Below are positions 63,686 through 64,000 of a stretch of DNA of 64,000 bases, piece by piece. Source of the DNA: a virus; the IMG/VR virus record IMGVR_UViG_3300048919_000123, positions 1-64,000 of that record; one strand, given 5' to 3'. A program made the translations under genes and the position numbers. The notes under the pieces are model-generated. The model saw only the letters and a list, made by a program, of their open reading frames with translations, did not search any database and had not been told where the DNA came from. Numbering within the stretch: the stretch's first letter is position 1; each line of letters starts with the position of its first letter.

Positions 63686-64000
63686 ATGCCAAGCATTGCC
63701 AACTATCTGATGGGCCAGAATCAGGAAGACATCCGCTTCCAGTCTCTGGAGCAATCGTTCAAAGGTTTCCAGGCCCGCAAGGGTTACAGCGAGATCACCT
63801 TCACCACTGACCAGAAGGTCAACCCGGGCGCCTCGCTGGGAATGGGCGGCCACCTGTTCGAACGGCTGCCTCTGGTTCTGTGGCTTGACCGTGCCAAGTG
63901 CAAGGAAGTCGACGCGCTTCTCCAGCCGGCCGACATGAAAGACGACCACTACATGGATCTGCGCCTTGCCCTGCAGGGTCTGGCGCAGGTGCGTGACGGC
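63686..64000 (+). CDS. hypothetical protein, truncated by the window edge
   Basis: GAGGT RBS, MPSIANYLMGQ..., open to the end. Confidence 0.65.
   Translation, partial: MPSIANYLMGQNQEDIRFQSLEQSFKGFQARKGYSEITFTTDQKVNPGASLGMGGHLFERLPLVLWLDRAKCKEVDALLQPADMKDDHYMDLRLALQGLAQVRDG

Noticed and set aside
1-64000. Integrase, repressor, transposase or host genes indicating a prophage
   Set aside because: None recognisable in the window; lifestyle cannot be decided from this part of the genome

Overview
This window is 64 kb of a GC-rich, lambda-like long-tailed phage genome. The host is probably Pseudomonas, inferred from the Acb2, GH19 lysin and tail-fibre tip families. There are three blocks. (i) 1-6411 (+): the end of a recombination/nucleotide module (SbcD, a MazG-like protein, SbcC). 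(ii) 6445-38881 (-): the whole late region, read right to left: an Acb2 anti-CBASS sponge cluster, tRNA-Gln with a structured trailer RNA, HU/IHF, terminase, portal, S49 protease/scaffold, capsid, neck, tail tube, frameshifting tail chaperone, tape measure, M-L-K-I-J tail tip, Cor-like lipoprotein, tail fibre and lysis cassette. (iii) 39099-64000 (+): an early region that opens with an rrn-like promoter, two boxA elements and a ~730-nt structured non-coding leader. It continues with about 50 small genes, including a LytTR protein, a TAXI solute-binding protein and a repeat-expanded C5 DNA methyltransferase, plus a G-rich origin-like gap. No integrase, CRISPR array, reverse transcriptase or transposase is visible. 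The most notable signals are the large boxA-protected structured RNA, a kissing-loop RNA behind the tRNA, a dispersed YTCGCY-N4-RGCGAR palindrome at promoters, and the Acb2 locus. All calls come from manual motif reading; no searches or folding programs were run.
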